Positions 52,015 to 61,966 are shown, counted from the first letter of the stretch. The stretch: DNA of 64,000 bases from Cyanobacteria bacterium P01_A01_bin.123 (GCA_039815185.1 JBCBZT010000014.1:78436-142435), one strand, 5' to 3'. Translations and numbers: made by a program. The notes: generated from the letters alone by a model not told the origin.

Positions 52015-52642
52015 GTAACCTCCCAGCTCTGCTGGGGGACTCGTCCAGTTTGACAGTTCCGGGATTGTAGGAAAGAGTCTCTCGCCCATGAACAACTGAG
52101 GTTCATGTAAGGGGACTCAAAATGAAAGATGTTGGCAGTCTAAGCCATACGAAATGGGAGTGTAAATACCATGTGGTGTTCATCCCCAAATATCGTCGCA
52201 AAGCTTTGTACTATGAGCTTCGTCAGTACTTAGGCGATATTTTCCGACGTTTAGCAGCGCAGCGAGAATGTCGGATTGAAGAGGGGCATTTGATGTCGGA
52301 TCATGTTCATATGCTGCTATCGATCCCACCGAAATATTCGGTTTCTCAAGTGGTGGGTTTCATGAAGGGGAAAAGTGCGATTAGCATTGCCCGCAACTAC
52401 CTGGGCCGTCGCCGGAATTTTTCTGGACAGAGCTTTTGGGCCAGAGGCTATTACGTCTCGACAGTTGGTCATGATGAAGCAGTGGTTCGGCAGTATATTC
52501 GCCATCAAGAGGAGGAAGACAAGCGATTGGAGCCACTAGAGATATTCAAGGAATAGCGCCCCTTTGAGGGGCGAACGCTCTAATCCGCTTTGAGCGGTTC
52601 CCACATGCTAAAGCCTCCGGCTTTGCCGGAGGATACTTTTAC
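52015..52642 (+). mobile_element. IS200-like insertion sequence (tnpA only)
   Basis: Subterminal hairpins CCTCCCAGC-TCT-GCTGGGGG (left) and CCTCCGGC-TTT-GCCGGAGG (right) flank tnpA. Exact ends are approximate. Confidence 0.85.
52122..52556 (+). CDS. tnpA: IS200/IS605 family Y1 transposase
   Basis: SHTKWECKYHVVFIPKYRRK, HUH motif DHVHM, KGKS, FWARGYYVSTVG and catalytic Tyr in QYIRHQ. Confidence 0.96.
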   Translation: MKDVGSLSHTKWECKYHVVFIPKYRRKALYYELRQYLGDIFRRLAAQRECRIEEGHLMSDHVHMLLSIPPKYSVSQVVGFMKGKSAISIARNYLGRRRNFSGQSFWARGYYVSTVGHDEAVVRQYIRHQEEEDKRLEPLEIFKE

Positions 52643-52726
52643 TGAGTAATCATACGCATCAGTGCGATCGCGCTAGTCTAGAATCCCAAGAATTCTTCGC
52701 CAAATCTGAAATCTGTTCACGACAGT

Positions 52727-52831
52727 TATAGCGGTAACCACAAAGCTTGGTGTGCTACCGCGAGCCAGATTGCTTGTGGACTAAGCATCCTGGTGATACT
52801 CGGTGCATTAAGCAATCTGGCCAGCGCTATA
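52727..52831. repeat. 105-bp dispersed repeat / MITE-like element, copy 1
   Basis: TATAGC...GCTATA ends and internal inverted repeat GCCAGATTGCTT/AAGCAATCTGGC. Homologous to 61185-61289. Confidence 0.7.
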
Positions 52832-52848
52832 TCTGGCTGCTGCAAACT

Positions 52849-54012
52849 TTAACCTAGAGGCCCCCCTAAGATAATCTTCGCGATCGCGTCAGTGACATCG
52901 CTCGGTTTTTCTGCCCGCATTTCGTCATACCACTGCGCTGTTGCTGCCGGATCTTGGCCGTAGATAGTGGCGGTGCGCTTGCGGGCTTTAAGCGTTAGCT
53001 TTGCTGTCCGTTCTTTACGAGCTGCTTCATAGCGCTTAAGGGCATCGGCCACGCTAATATTGGTGGTCAGCAAATAACGGGTCAAAATTTCGGCATCTTC
53101 CATCGCCTGACAGCCACCTTGGCCCAAGGTCGGTGTTGTCGCGTGGCCCGAATCGCCTACCAGAACCACTCGCCCTTTCACCAAAGCTTCTAACGGATCG
53201 AGATCGCTAATCTCTAAGCGATTAGTTTGCAACGGATCGAGTTGTTCAATCAGAGTTTGGACGGGTTCAGGCCACCCTGCAAAAATCTTAGCGAGTTCAG
53301 CCTGCCGATGGGCTGGCTCAACGGTAGTACCTGCCGCCATTGGACACCCAAAGAAGTAATAAAACCGCTTTTCTCCTACCGGCATCCAGGAGGCTCGCTT
53401 AGCATCACCCACGTACAAAATCCAAGCGTCTTTATCACCCATGGCTGGATTCGCCTCAACTAAGCCATTCCAATTGACATAGTTGGCAAAGCGCGGAGAC
53501 GCCTGATAGCCCACCACATGGGTGCGTAGGCAGGAGTGTACCCCGTCAGCCCCCACAACCAGATCTCCTCTAACGCGAGTGCCATCTTCAAAAATCGCTG
53601 CTGCACTGTGCTCATCTTGCTCCACCGCGACACAACGCATTTGCAAATGCACTTTATCTGCGCCAAAAACATTGCGCAACATGCCTTGCAGGTCAGTGCG
53701 GGCAACGGGGTAAGGTCGCTGACCCACTTGCTCAATTAAGGGCGTTAGATCAATGTCGCTCAGCAACTCATCCGTGTGGCTGCGGTAGGCCATGCGGTTC
53801 ATTTCGCCGCCAATGGCAGCTATTTTGGAGCCCAGGCCCAATCGATTGAGCACCTTGACACCGTTGGACCAAAGGGAAATCCCGGCACCTGCGGGGCGCA
53901 ACTCACGCACGCGATCGTAAATCTCAACGGTGTAGCCTGCCTGTTGCATCGCAATGCCCGTTGTAAGACCGCCAATGCCTGCCCCGATAATGACGACGTT
54001 AAGGTTGTCCAT
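52849..54012 (-). CDS. hpxO: FAD-dependent urate hydroxylase
   Basis: IIGAGIGGL, GAGISLWSNGVK, YVNWNGLV and GDSGHATTPTLGQGGCQAMED. The likely start is MDNLNVV at 54012. Confidence 0.85.
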   Translation of the reverse strand: MDNLNVVIIGAGIGGLTTGIAMQQAGYTVEIYDRVRELRPAGAGISLWSNGVKVLNRLGLGSKIAAIGGEMNRMAYRSHTDELLSDIDLTPLIEQVGQRPYPVARTDLQGMLRNVFGADKVHLQMRCVAVEQDEHSAAAIFEDGTRVRGDLVVGADGVHSCLRTHVVGYQASPRFANYVNWNGLVEANPAMGDKDAWILYVGDAKRASWMPVGEKRFYYFFGCPMAAGTTVEPAHRQAELAKIFAGWPEPVQTLIEQLDPLQTNRLEISDLDPLEALVKGRVVLVGDSGHATTPTLGQGGCQAMEDAEILTRYLLTTNISVADALKRYEAARKERTAKLTLKARKRTATIYGQDPAATAQWYDEMRAEKPSDVTDAIAKIILGGPLG

Positions 54013-54383
54013 AAAAATCCCTAAGCAATCTTTGATCCGCGTGTGTACTTGTTCCTGTCTCAACTTAAACCGCGTCCACATCCGGATCCTTTGTTTTTCC
54101 CTGTCGGGGCGCAAGGCCTTACCCCCCCTACTCAAGGTTTCAAATCGGATGGCGTTTAGATCATCAGCGTATTGATAACCCATCAATGGTGAGGTTGCAA
54201 GTTTTACAAAAGGCTCTAGTATGATGCTGAATTAGCACAGGACGCGATCGCCCTTCTGAGCTGGTCTTTGACCATCGCAGTCCAAAAATCTCTCGACTCA
54301 CTGGAGTTTAGGGAACGCAACCCGCTATTCTGTGCAAATCCCCCCCTTAGAGCAAAATCAGAGCAGCATTTTGGAGCAACACG

Positions 54384-54929
54384 ATGAGCGTGCTGTTAAG
54401 CATTGCGGTTTGGATTGATCGCATCAACGATTGGATTGGCAAATTTACCTTCTTTCTTACTCTAGTGATGGTCGTAGTGGGTGCCTACAATGCCATAACC
54501 CGATCCTTAAGCAAATACATTGGAGTCAACTTTAGCTCCAACCTCTACATCGAGGTGCAGTGGTATTTGTTTAGTTTGGTCTTTTTGCTCGGTGCGGCTT
54601 ATGTGCTAAAGCAAGGGGAGCATGTGCGGGTTGACATTCTCTACAGTCGTCTTTCCCGCAAAGGTAAAGCCTGGGTTGATTTGTTCGGGAGTTGCGTGTT
54701 GTTGCTGCCGGTGTGTGGGCTGATTGTGTTTTATGCCATTCCAGCAGTGTCAAATTCTTGGAAAATCCTAGAACAGTCCTCTGACCCCAGTGGATTGCCT
54801 CGATATCCGCTGAAGACAATGATTCCGTTGGCGTTTGTACTGCTGGGGCTCCAGGGTATTTCGGAAGCCATCAAGCAGATAGCCATTTTGCTCGACGTGG
54901 AGACCGAACGCCAGGAGATATCTCGATGA
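54384..54929 (+). CDS. dctQ: TRAP transporter small permease
   Basis: EVQWYLF, EHVRVDI and SSDPSGLP, with four TM segments. Confidence 0.9.
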   Translation: MSVLLSIAVWIDRINDWIGKFTFFLTLVMVVVGAYNAITRSLSKYIGVNFSSNLYIEVQWYLFSLVFLLGAAYVLKQGEHVRVDILYSRLSRKGKAWVDLFGSCVLLLPVCGLIVFYAIPAVSNSWKILEQSSDPSGLPRYPLKTMIPLAFVLLGLQGISEAIKQIAILLDVETERQEISR

Positions 54930-56245
54930 GTGAAGTCTTAGGACTGTTGATGTTTGCCGGTGCCCTGCTGTTGATCTTCTCAGGGTATCCTGTGGCCTTT
55001 TCCCTGGGTGGTGCAGGGTTGCTGTTTGCCTTGCTGGGGGCATTTTTGGGTCATTTTGACTGGTTTTTATTTTCAGCCCTACCCCAGCGTATCTTCGGCA
55101 TCATGGGCAATTACGTGCTACTGGCAATCCCCTATTTCATTTTGATGGGAACGCTACTGCAAAAATCAGGGTTGGCGGAAGATTTGCTTGAAACCTTTGG
55201 TGTCCTGTTTGGACGCTTACGGGGGGGGTTGGCGTTCGGCGTCATTTTGGTGGGTACGTTACTGGCGGCAGCAACGGGTGTGGTCGGTGCCACAGTAGTC
55301 GCCATGGGCATGATCTCCCTGCCAATCATGTTGCGTTACGGCTACAGTCGTTCCCTAGCGACTGGAGTAATTGCATCTTCTGGCACCTTGGGACAGGTGA
55401 TTCCCCCCAGCGTGGTGCTAATTGTTTTGGGGGATCAACTCGGCGTTTCGGTGGGCGATTTATTTTTAGGATCGCTGTTGCCAGGGTTAGCCTTGGCCAG
55501 TCTCTATCTGCTATACACGGCAGGAGTGGCAATTTTTCAGCCCAAAGCTGCGCCCGCGCTACCGGCAGAGATGCTTGACATTTCTAAAGCCGCCTTAGCT
55601 AAGCGGGTGTTTTTAGTGATGTTGCCACCGCTATTCTTGATTTTGATTGTGCTGGGTAGTATTTTTCGTGGGGTTGCGACCCCCACTGAAGCGGGTGCCA
55701 TGGGTGTTTTGGGGGCGATGGTGTTAGCAGCACTCAACAAACGCTTGCAGCTACGCACCCTAATTGATTCGCTTAAAGCCACGGTGGAACTAACCAGCAT
55801 GGTGATTGTGCTGTTAGTAGGTGCAACACTATTCAGCCTAGTATTTAGGGGTTTGGGGGGCGATCGCCTAGTAGAAGACATCCTGCTGGGTTTACCGGGA
55901 GGAAAACTCAGCTTCTTGTTGTTTGTCAACGTGCTCGTCTTTTTCCTGGGCTTTTTCCTAGACTATTTTGAAATCGTATTCATCATTGTGCCGCTGATGG
56001 CACCGATCGCGTTGAACTTTGGCTACGACCTGGTTTGGTTTGGCGTCATGTTGGGGGTGAATCTACAAACCTCTTTCCTGACACCCCCCTTTGGGTTTTC
56101 GCTGTTTTATCTACGAGGGGTTTCGCCGCCGGAAGTGAAAACTACAGATATCTATAAAGGTGTAGTGCCCTTCATTGCGATTCAATTGGTGGCATTGCTG
56201 CTGATCATTCGATTCCCTCAACTCGTGACCTGGGTGTTAACCTAG
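54926..56245 (+). CDS. dctM: TRAP transporter large permease
   Basis: GYPVAFSL, LAIPYF, GTLGQVIPPS, ATPTEA and SFLTPPFG. Confidence 0.93.
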   Translation: MSEVLGLLMFAGALLLIFSGYPVAFSLGGAGLLFALLGAFLGHFDWFLFSALPQRIFGIMGNYVLLAIPYFILMGTLLQKSGLAEDLLETFGVLFGRLRGGLAFGVILVGTLLAAATGVVGATVVAMGMISLPIMLRYGYSRSLATGVIASSGTLGQVIPPSVVLIVLGDQLGVSVGDLFLGSLLPGLALASLYLLYTAGVAIFQPKAAPALPAEMLDISKAALAKRVFLVMLPPLFLILIVLGSIFRGVATPTEAGAMGVLGAMVLAALNKRLQLRTLIDSLKATVELTSMVIVLLVGATLFSLVFRGLGGDRLVEDILLGLPGGKLSFLLFVNVLVFFLGFFLDYFEIVFIIVPLMAPIALNFGYDLVWFGVMLGVNLQTSFLTPPFGFSLFYLRGVSPPEVKTTDIYKGVVPFIAIQLVALLLIIRFPQLVTWVLT

Positions 56246-56307
56246 CTATCCAGCGGCATTACCGGGCTGGTGCGCGTGCTGGTCATGACCAAAATCGTTG
56301 TTGGACA

Positions 56308-56351
56308 ATTCAGAGCGATCGCATTTTGCAGTGAATGCGATCGCTCTGAAT
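56308..56351. terminator. 18-bp perfect stem-loop between convergent genes, each arm containing HIP1
   Basis: ATTCAGAGCGATCGCATT-ttgcagtg-AATGCGATCGCTCTGAAT. Confidence 0.7.
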
Positions 56352-56437
56352 AGAGCAGGAGTTAGGTAGCCTGATGTGTCTTACCTGATATGTCTTTAGT
56401 GGAGTCTAACGGTGCTTTAAGCAACCGCTGCACAACC

Positions 56438-58027
56438 CTATAACGGGCGATAGGTCTTGTAATTGATGTTTGGAAAAATGTTGTCGATCGCTTCGACTTT
56501 TTCTAACCAACCCGAATCGATTTTGCCTGCTCGTACGTCTTCCCAAATTTTGTTGAAGCGCTGCAAGTGCGATCGCGTTCTACGTACCGCATAGGGCACC
56601 ATTGTGCCAGTGCGCATGATAAAGGCCCAGTCAGAAGATTGGGCCAGCAGCAACTCGCGGGCCGCTTGGTTGAGGGCATGGCGTTCGAGATCATCAGCGG
56701 CTTCTCGCTTGGATAGCTCGATCATACGTTCAGCCGCCTTGTGCAAATGGGGGTAAATCCAGGTATTGGTTTCATTCAGCCAATATTCGTGGAAGCCCTT
56801 ATAGCCCCAGCTTGATTGAGACGGGCGGCAAACCTGCTGGTTTGGATTATCGCGTAGGTAATCAGATAGATGGGTCATCTGGTAGGTACCCTGGTCATGC
56901 CAACTCTTGCGGAAAAAGTAATCAATAAACCAAGGCCCTTCATACCACCAGTGACCAAACAACTCTGCATCATAGGGGGAAACTACAATCGGCGGGCGAT
57001 GCATAATGCCGTGGAGATATTCCACCTGGCGCTCCCGGTTGTACATAAAGTTAGCGGCATGTTCGGCCGATTTTTCCCGCGCCCAGTAGGGGTCATACCA
57101 CTGTTTGTCTGAGAGCCCTAGGCCCTTCCCAGTGATCTTGTGATACTTGATGCCTACATTTTTGCGCTGACCGTTGGGCATGATGTAGGGCTTGATGTAT
57201 TCATAGTCCGCATCCCAACCCAAATCGCGGTAAAACTCCCGATATTCTGCTGCACCGGGGTAACCCACCTGAGACGACCATACTTGCTGAGACGATTCAT
57301 GGTCGCGACCAAAAGCTGCCACCCCAGCCTCAGTAAAAATCGGCGCATAACTGCCAAAGCGGGGCCGGGGGCGGGCATAAAGAATGCCGTGGCCGTCCGT
57401 CAGAAAATAGCGCAGCCCGGCATCGGCTAACATGCGCTCCAGACCTTCATAGTAGGCACATTCAGGCAACCAAATGCCCACAGGGGGTCTACCAAAAGTG
57501 TCTTGGTAATGCTCACAGGCCACCTGAATCTGAGCCCACACTGCCTGGGGATACATCTTCATTAGGGGCAAATAACCATGGGTCGCGCCGCAGGTGATGA
57601 TGTCGAGATTGTTGCTTTGCAGATATTGCTTAAAGGCGGTGACCAGATTGCCGCTGTAGCGTTCCCATACCTGGCGGACGGTGTTGAATTCTTTGGCATA
57701 GTGTTCTGCCAAATAGCGCACATGCCCGTTGTGGGCGTTACGCTCAATTTCCATTTCAGTCAGCTCTTCGAGCTGTGCCAGATGGGCATCGTAGCGTTCT
57801 TGCAGCAGTGGATCTTGCAGCATCGACACCAGGGGTGGGGTCATGCTCATCGTCATTTTGAAGTCAATGCCGTCCCGCTTGAGCCCATCAAACATCGACA
57901 GCAGCGGTATGTAGGTTTCGGTAATTGCTTCAAATAGCCACTCTTCTTCGAGCACATAGTCACTTTCGGGATGTCGAACGAAGGGCAAGTGGGCATGGAG
58001 AACTAAAGCAACGTATCCAAGACTCAT
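56438..58027 (-). CDS. glycoside hydrolase family 57 (branching-enzyme type)
   Basis: LHAHLPFV, EEWLFEA, GIWLPECAY, PYDAELFGHWW and QSSDWAF. Confidence 0.93.
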   Translation of the reverse strand: MSLGYVALVLHAHLPFVRHPESDYVLEEEWLFEAITETYIPLLSMFDGLKRDGIDFKMTMSMTPPLVSMLQDPLLQERYDAHLAQLEELTEMEIERNAHNGHVRYLAEHYAKEFNTVRQVWERYSGNLVTAFKQYLQSNNLDIITCGATHGYLPLMKMYPQAVWAQIQVACEHYQDTFGRPPVGIWLPECAYYEGLERMLADAGLRYFLTDGHGILYARPRPRFGSYAPIFTEAGVAAFGRDHESSQQVWSSQVGYPGAAEYREFYRDLGWDADYEYIKPYIMPNGQRKNVGIKYHKITGKGLGLSDKQWYDPYWAREKSAEHAANFMYNRERQVEYLHGIMHRPPIVVSPYDAELFGHWWYEGPWFIDYFFRKSWHDQGTYQMTHLSDYLRDNPNQQVCRPSQSSWGYKGFHEYWLNETNTWIYPHLHKAAERMIELSKREAADDLERHALNQAARELLLAQSSDWAFIMRTGTMVPYAVRRTRSHLQRFNKIWEDVRAGKIDSGWLEKVEAIDNIFPNINYKTYRPL

Positions 58028-58172
58028 AGTATTAAGCGCTCTGACAACAGCAATGGGGCAACCGATTTAGCCCGATTCGATCTTAAAACTTTCAGAAGAC
58101 CCTAAAGCAAAAAGCTGAACAATAAGGTTAATTGCAAAGATTGTAAAACAAAATGTAAAGCAAAAGTTAAGT

Positions 58173-59558
58173 CTATAAATCCTGATGGTCAGGACTCCCC
58201 GTTCTCCTGAGCAGGGCCACACACTCTACATGGGCCGTTTGCGGAAAGAAGTCGATGGGTTGAATACGCTGGAGAGTATAGCCTGCGGCTTGGCAGAGCC
58301 GCTTTAGATCCCGGGCAAGGGTAGCCGGGTTGCAACTGACGTAAACCAGCGTGGCAGGGGGCTGGGCCGCGATCGCATCTAGCACCTCAGTTGCACAGCC
58401 CTTACGCGGGGGGTCAATCACTAAAATATCAGCGTCTACCAATGCCTGGGGCAGCAGTGCTTCAACGGTACCGGCCTGAAATTCGACATTCTCGATTTGG
58501 TTAAGGACGGCGTTAGCTTCAGCTTGGGCGATCGCATCCGGTTGCACCTCTAGACCTCTGCAAAACCGGGCTTGACGCGCCAGGGGTAGGGTAAGCGTAC
58601 CGATACCACAGTAGGCGTCGATGATTACCTCGTGGCCCTGTAGCTGGAGGTCTTGCTGAATGCTGTGTAACAGCCGCTCCGCTTGCTCGGTATGAATTTG
58701 AAAAAACGTGGTCGGCTGAATTTGAAACCGCAATCCAGCAAACTGTTCTTCTAGATAGGACGCGCCAGCGATACAGCGGGTTGTGGCCCCAAAGATGGCA
58801 TTGGTGCGCTGGGGGTTATGGTTGAGCGCCACGCCCACCACATCCGGGAACTGGTCGATCCATTGTTCCGCCTGCGTCGTTAAATTAGGCAACTCATCGA
58901 CCGTGCTCACCAGCGTAATCAAGATTTGCCCTGTGCGGCGACCCACTCTCAACCCCAGATGACGGAGTCGCCCTTGGTGTTTAGCTTCGTTATAGATGCT
59001 CCAACCTTGGGCCTGGATATCCTGTTTGAGCTGAGCTAGCAGCGGATCGAGCCGCTCATCTTGTACCGGACATTGATTTAAATTAATCAGTCGGTGGCTA
59101 CCTTTGCGGTAGTAGCCTGCTTGGATCGTGCCTTGGTCGGAACGACCCAGGGGATAAGTCGCTTTGTTGCGATAGTGCAAGGGTTGGTCTGCACCCATAA
59201 TCGGGTCAAGGGGCAACGCTGCAAATCCACCAATACGTTGCAGCGCATCGGCTACCTGCTGATGCTTAGCGGCAAGCTGCCCGGGATAGGAGAGCGCTTG
59301 ACATTGGCAACCGCCACACTTGTCGGCCACAATGCACGGAGGCCGGACTCGCTCATGAGAGGCTGTCTCAATCGCGAGCAGCTTACCCGTGGCATAGGTC
59401 GGCTTTACCCGCACTAAACGAGCGGTAATGCGATCGCCCGGTACCGCGTCAGGAACAAACACCACGCGTCCCTCCCAGCGGCCGACTCCCTCCCCACTGC
59501 TATTGAGATCAGTGATGTCAAATGCTAAGGTTTGGCCTTGCTGCCAGCGATCGCTCAT
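58173..59558 (-). CDS. rlmD: 23S rRNA (uracil-1939-C5)-methyltransferase
   Basis: TRAM domain, CGGC, YRNK, FFQ, DAYCGIG, DPPRKG, YVSCNPATLARD and FFPQTAHVE. Confidence 0.93.
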   Translation of the reverse strand: MSDRWQQGQTLAFDITDLNSSGEGVGRWEGRVVFVPDAVPGDRITARLVRVKPTYATGKLLAIETASHERVRPPCIVADKCGGCQCQALSYPGQLAAKHQQVADALQRIGGFAALPLDPIMGADQPLHYRNKATYPLGRSDQGTIQAGYYRKGSHRLINLNQCPVQDERLDPLLAQLKQDIQAQGWSIYNEAKHQGRLRHLGLRVGRRTGQILITLVSTVDELPNLTTQAEQWIDQFPDVVGVALNHNPQRTNAIFGATTRCIAGASYLEEQFAGLRFQIQPTTFFQIHTEQAERLLHSIQQDLQLQGHEVIIDAYCGIGTLTLPLARQARFCRGLEVQPDAIAQAEANAVLNQIENVEFQAGTVEALLPQALVDADILVIDPPRKGCATEVLDAIAAQPPATLVYVSCNPATLARDLKRLCQAAGYTLQRIQPIDFFPQTAHVECVALLRRTGSPDHQDL

Positions 59559-59755
59559 GGTTTGTATCTCTTATCAACGAATTCGATTGCTGATGCGATT
59601 CAGTCACCAATTGTAAAAAAAGGTTCTGCCTGTTCCAGGCTTTGGGGTATGTTTACCAGTGACTCCTCGCAGCAGTCGTGACTTCCCTTGTGCTACTGCG
59701 ATCGCTAAACTATCTAATAGATAGCAACCCACCGCAATTATTAACCCTTTAGATT

Positions 59756-60241
59756 ATGTCTGTAGTTAGCCAAGTAATCCTGAATGCCGACGATCAGCTT
59801 CGCTATCCTACCAGCGGCGAACTCAAAAGTATTGAAGACTTTTTGAAAACTGGCACCCAGCGCATGCGCATCGCCAGCACCCTAGCTGAAGGTGAAAAGA
59901 AAATTGTCGACCAGGCTAGCCGTGCCCTTTGGCGCAAACGCCCTGACTTTATCGCCCCCGGTGGTAATGCTTACGGGCAGAAACAGCGTGCCCTCTGCCT
60001 ACGCGACTATGGCTGGTATCTCCGTCTGGTCACCTATGGGGTGCTCTCTGGTAGCATTGATCCGATTGAAAGCATCGGCGTGATCGGTGTGCGCGAAATG
60101 TACAATGCGCTTGATGTCCCTGTACCCGGTATGGTCGAGGCGATCACCTGTCTCAAACAGGCCTCTCTCGGTTTACTCAGTGAAGAGGATGCAGATGAAG
60201 CAGCGCCTTACTTCGATTACATCATTCAGGCAATGTCCTAA
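59756..60241 (+). CDS. apcD: allophycocyanin alpha-B subunit
   Basis: [23 protein letters not shown] and chromophore-binding segment [13 protein letters not shown]. Confidence 0.93.
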   Translation: MSVVSQVILNADDQLRYPTSGELKSIEDFLKTGTQRMRIASTLAEGEKKIVDQASRALWRKRPDFIAPGGNAYGQKQRALCLRDYGWYLRLVTYGVLSGSIDPIESIGVIGVREMYNALDVPVPGMVEAITCLKQASLGLLSEEDADEAAPYFDYIIQAMS

Positions 60242-60474
60242 GCATCGGCTGAAGCCAGTTTGGTAAGCGTTTTTTACGCCTAGATTTCGAGTCAAGGGTA
60301 AGGTGTAAAAGGCTTAGAATCTTGTTCTTCTCGGAGAGTGGGGTAGACGACAATTCTTCCTATCCGCCATGTTTGAACAGTTCATATATACTGATTGGGA
60401 CGTGGCAACACCACGTCCCATTTCTATTTTTATAGATACGTTTGCTTCCCCTTGAGAGTTCTACGAGTTCTTCC

Positions 60475-61131
60475 ATGCGTTCGAGTCGTCAAATTGGCAA
60501 AGTCGTCAAGTCAAATTCCCACTGTGACTATGTGGTGCAACTTGACGACGAGTTTGATGTTGCACAACCGCCAACGCCTGAAGACTATGGATTTGGCCAG
60601 TTTGTCAAATTTGCAGACCGCGATCGTCACTGGGCTGTGGGTATCGTCTACAACTCGTTGCTGTTAAATCCCCAGTTTCTCAACAATGGGCCACGGCTTT
60701 CGAGCGAACCCGACCCCATGTTTACCCCAGATTTAATTAACGAAACCCGGACGTTATTAGGCGTTGCCTTAGTAGGCAGTCTAGTCCAATCGGCAACGGC
60801 TGATCCGGCAACGGCTGAAACTGGAGATCAGCCAGGCCTAACCTATGGACGCCATGGCATTCCCAAGGTGGTGGTGCCTGTGAATACGGGGGTGTATCAG
60901 ATGTCTCAAGCCGAAGTCTATCGGTTTCACCTCAATGCCCAGGGGCAACCTCAGTTTTGTTACTACAGCCACCTCTTACGCAGTGGCGGCATGTTTGCGG
61001 CCCAGTTAATCCAGCAAGTCTTAGCTGAGTTGATTGATGCTCAACTGTTTTCCGGGGACGACCAGCGTGCCTTAGAGGTGTTGTGTAAAGAGCTCTCTTG
61101 GAAAAACACCATGAGTGCGATTCGGGGCTAA
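60475..61131 (+). CDS. conserved cyanobacterial protein, HAS-barrel-like
   Basis: IGKVVKSNSHCDYVVQ, DYGFGQFV, VGIVYNS and ELSWK. Confidence 0.7.
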   Translation: MRSSRQIGKVVKSNSHCDYVVQLDDEFDVAQPPTPEDYGFGQFVKFADRDRHWAVGIVYNSLLLNPQFLNNGPRLSSEPDPMFTPDLINETRTLLGVALVGSLVQSATADPATAETGDQPGLTYGRHGIPKVVVPVNTGVYQMSQAEVYRFHLNAQGQPQFCYYSHLLRSGGMFAAQLIQQVLAELIDAQLFSGDDQRALEVLCKELSWKNTMSAIRG

Positions 61132-61184
61132 CTGCCAACAGTCCGCATTGCTCGGCTAGTCAAGCCGTTCAGCAATGCTCAGGG

Positions 61185-61289
61185 TATAGCAGTCATCCGC
61201 ACGGTTAGGACATGCCTGTGAGCCAGATTGCCTGTAGACTAAGTACTCCAGCGATACTCGATGCATTAAGCAATCTGGCCAGAGCAATA
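61185..61289. repeat. 105-bp dispersed repeat / MITE-like element, copy 2
   Basis: TATAGC start, 29-nt spacer, then GAGCCAGATTGC...GATACTCG...CATTAAGCAATCTGGCCAG, ending in GCAATA. Same length as copy 1. Confidence 0.7.
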
Positions 61290-61477
61290 TTAAACAATCT
61301 GGCCAAGACAAAAAAGGGACTGGTTCGAAACGATTGCCAATCCCGCTTGTGATTGTTGTCAACAATCAGATTCAATGTATTGAGGAATCACCACCACTGC
61401 CCATTCTCCAAAAGGTGCTCCAACCAAAGCTTCCTGAGAGCTCAAAGCATCCTCTTGCAAACAACAGCAGGCTCAGC

Positions 61478-61966
61478 CTAAGAAGGGACTACCTGGACTA
61501 CCAAGGCTCGTCGGTCAAACGACTGCACTTTGGCAGATTCACCTAGATCCTGCACCACCCGTTCCAAAAGTTCGGCGGCGCGATCGCGGTGCTGGTGTTC
61601 TCGCCCTCGTAACCGGACTTGAAACTTAACCGCATCGCCTTTATCGAGCCATTGGAGGGCGCGCTGAATCCGCAGGGTATAGTCGGATTCCCCGACATTG
61701 GGGCGCAGCTTCACTTCTTTTAGCGAAGGTTTGGAGGTATTTTGCTTGTGGCGCTTTTTCTGCTGGTACTGATGCTTACCGTAGTCCATTACCTTGGCTA
61801 CGGGAATCTCTTTCCCCTCAGACACAACGACCAAATCTAATTCGGCAGTCTGGGCGAGCTTTAGCGCCTCTTGGGTATCAATCTCGCCATGATTAGTGCC
61901 TTCATGGTCGATGAGAAGGACTTTCTGAGAACGAATCTGACGGTTGACAAGCTGTTTCTTAGCGAT
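61478..61966 (-). CDS. infC: translation initiation factor IF-3 with non-canonical ATC start
   Basis: The frame extends upstream of the track ORF as IAKKQLVNRQIRSQKVLLIDHEG...EALKLAQTAELDLVVVS, then KVMDYGK, KEVKLRP and RLRGRE. GAGGA lies 7 nt before the ATC. Confidence 0.88.
   Translation of the reverse strand: MAKKQLVNRQIRSQKVLLIDHEGTNHGEIDTQEALKLAQTAELDLVVVSEGKEIPVAKVMDYGKHQYQQKKRHKQNTSKPSLKEVKLRPNVGESDYTLRIQRALQWLDKGDAVKFQVRLRGREHQHRDRAAELLERVVQDLGESAKVQSFDRRALVVQVVPS

Noticed and set aside
54013..54186. N-terminal extension of hpxO in the ORF track
   Set aside because: It runs through a REP-like hairpin and a likely promoter. The Rossmann fold starts right after Met at 54012.
58125..58172. 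TTTACA-like repeats upstream of GH57 as an HLR1/RpaB site
   Set aside because: The spacing is irregular (about 9 and 12 bp) rather than the 10-bp period.
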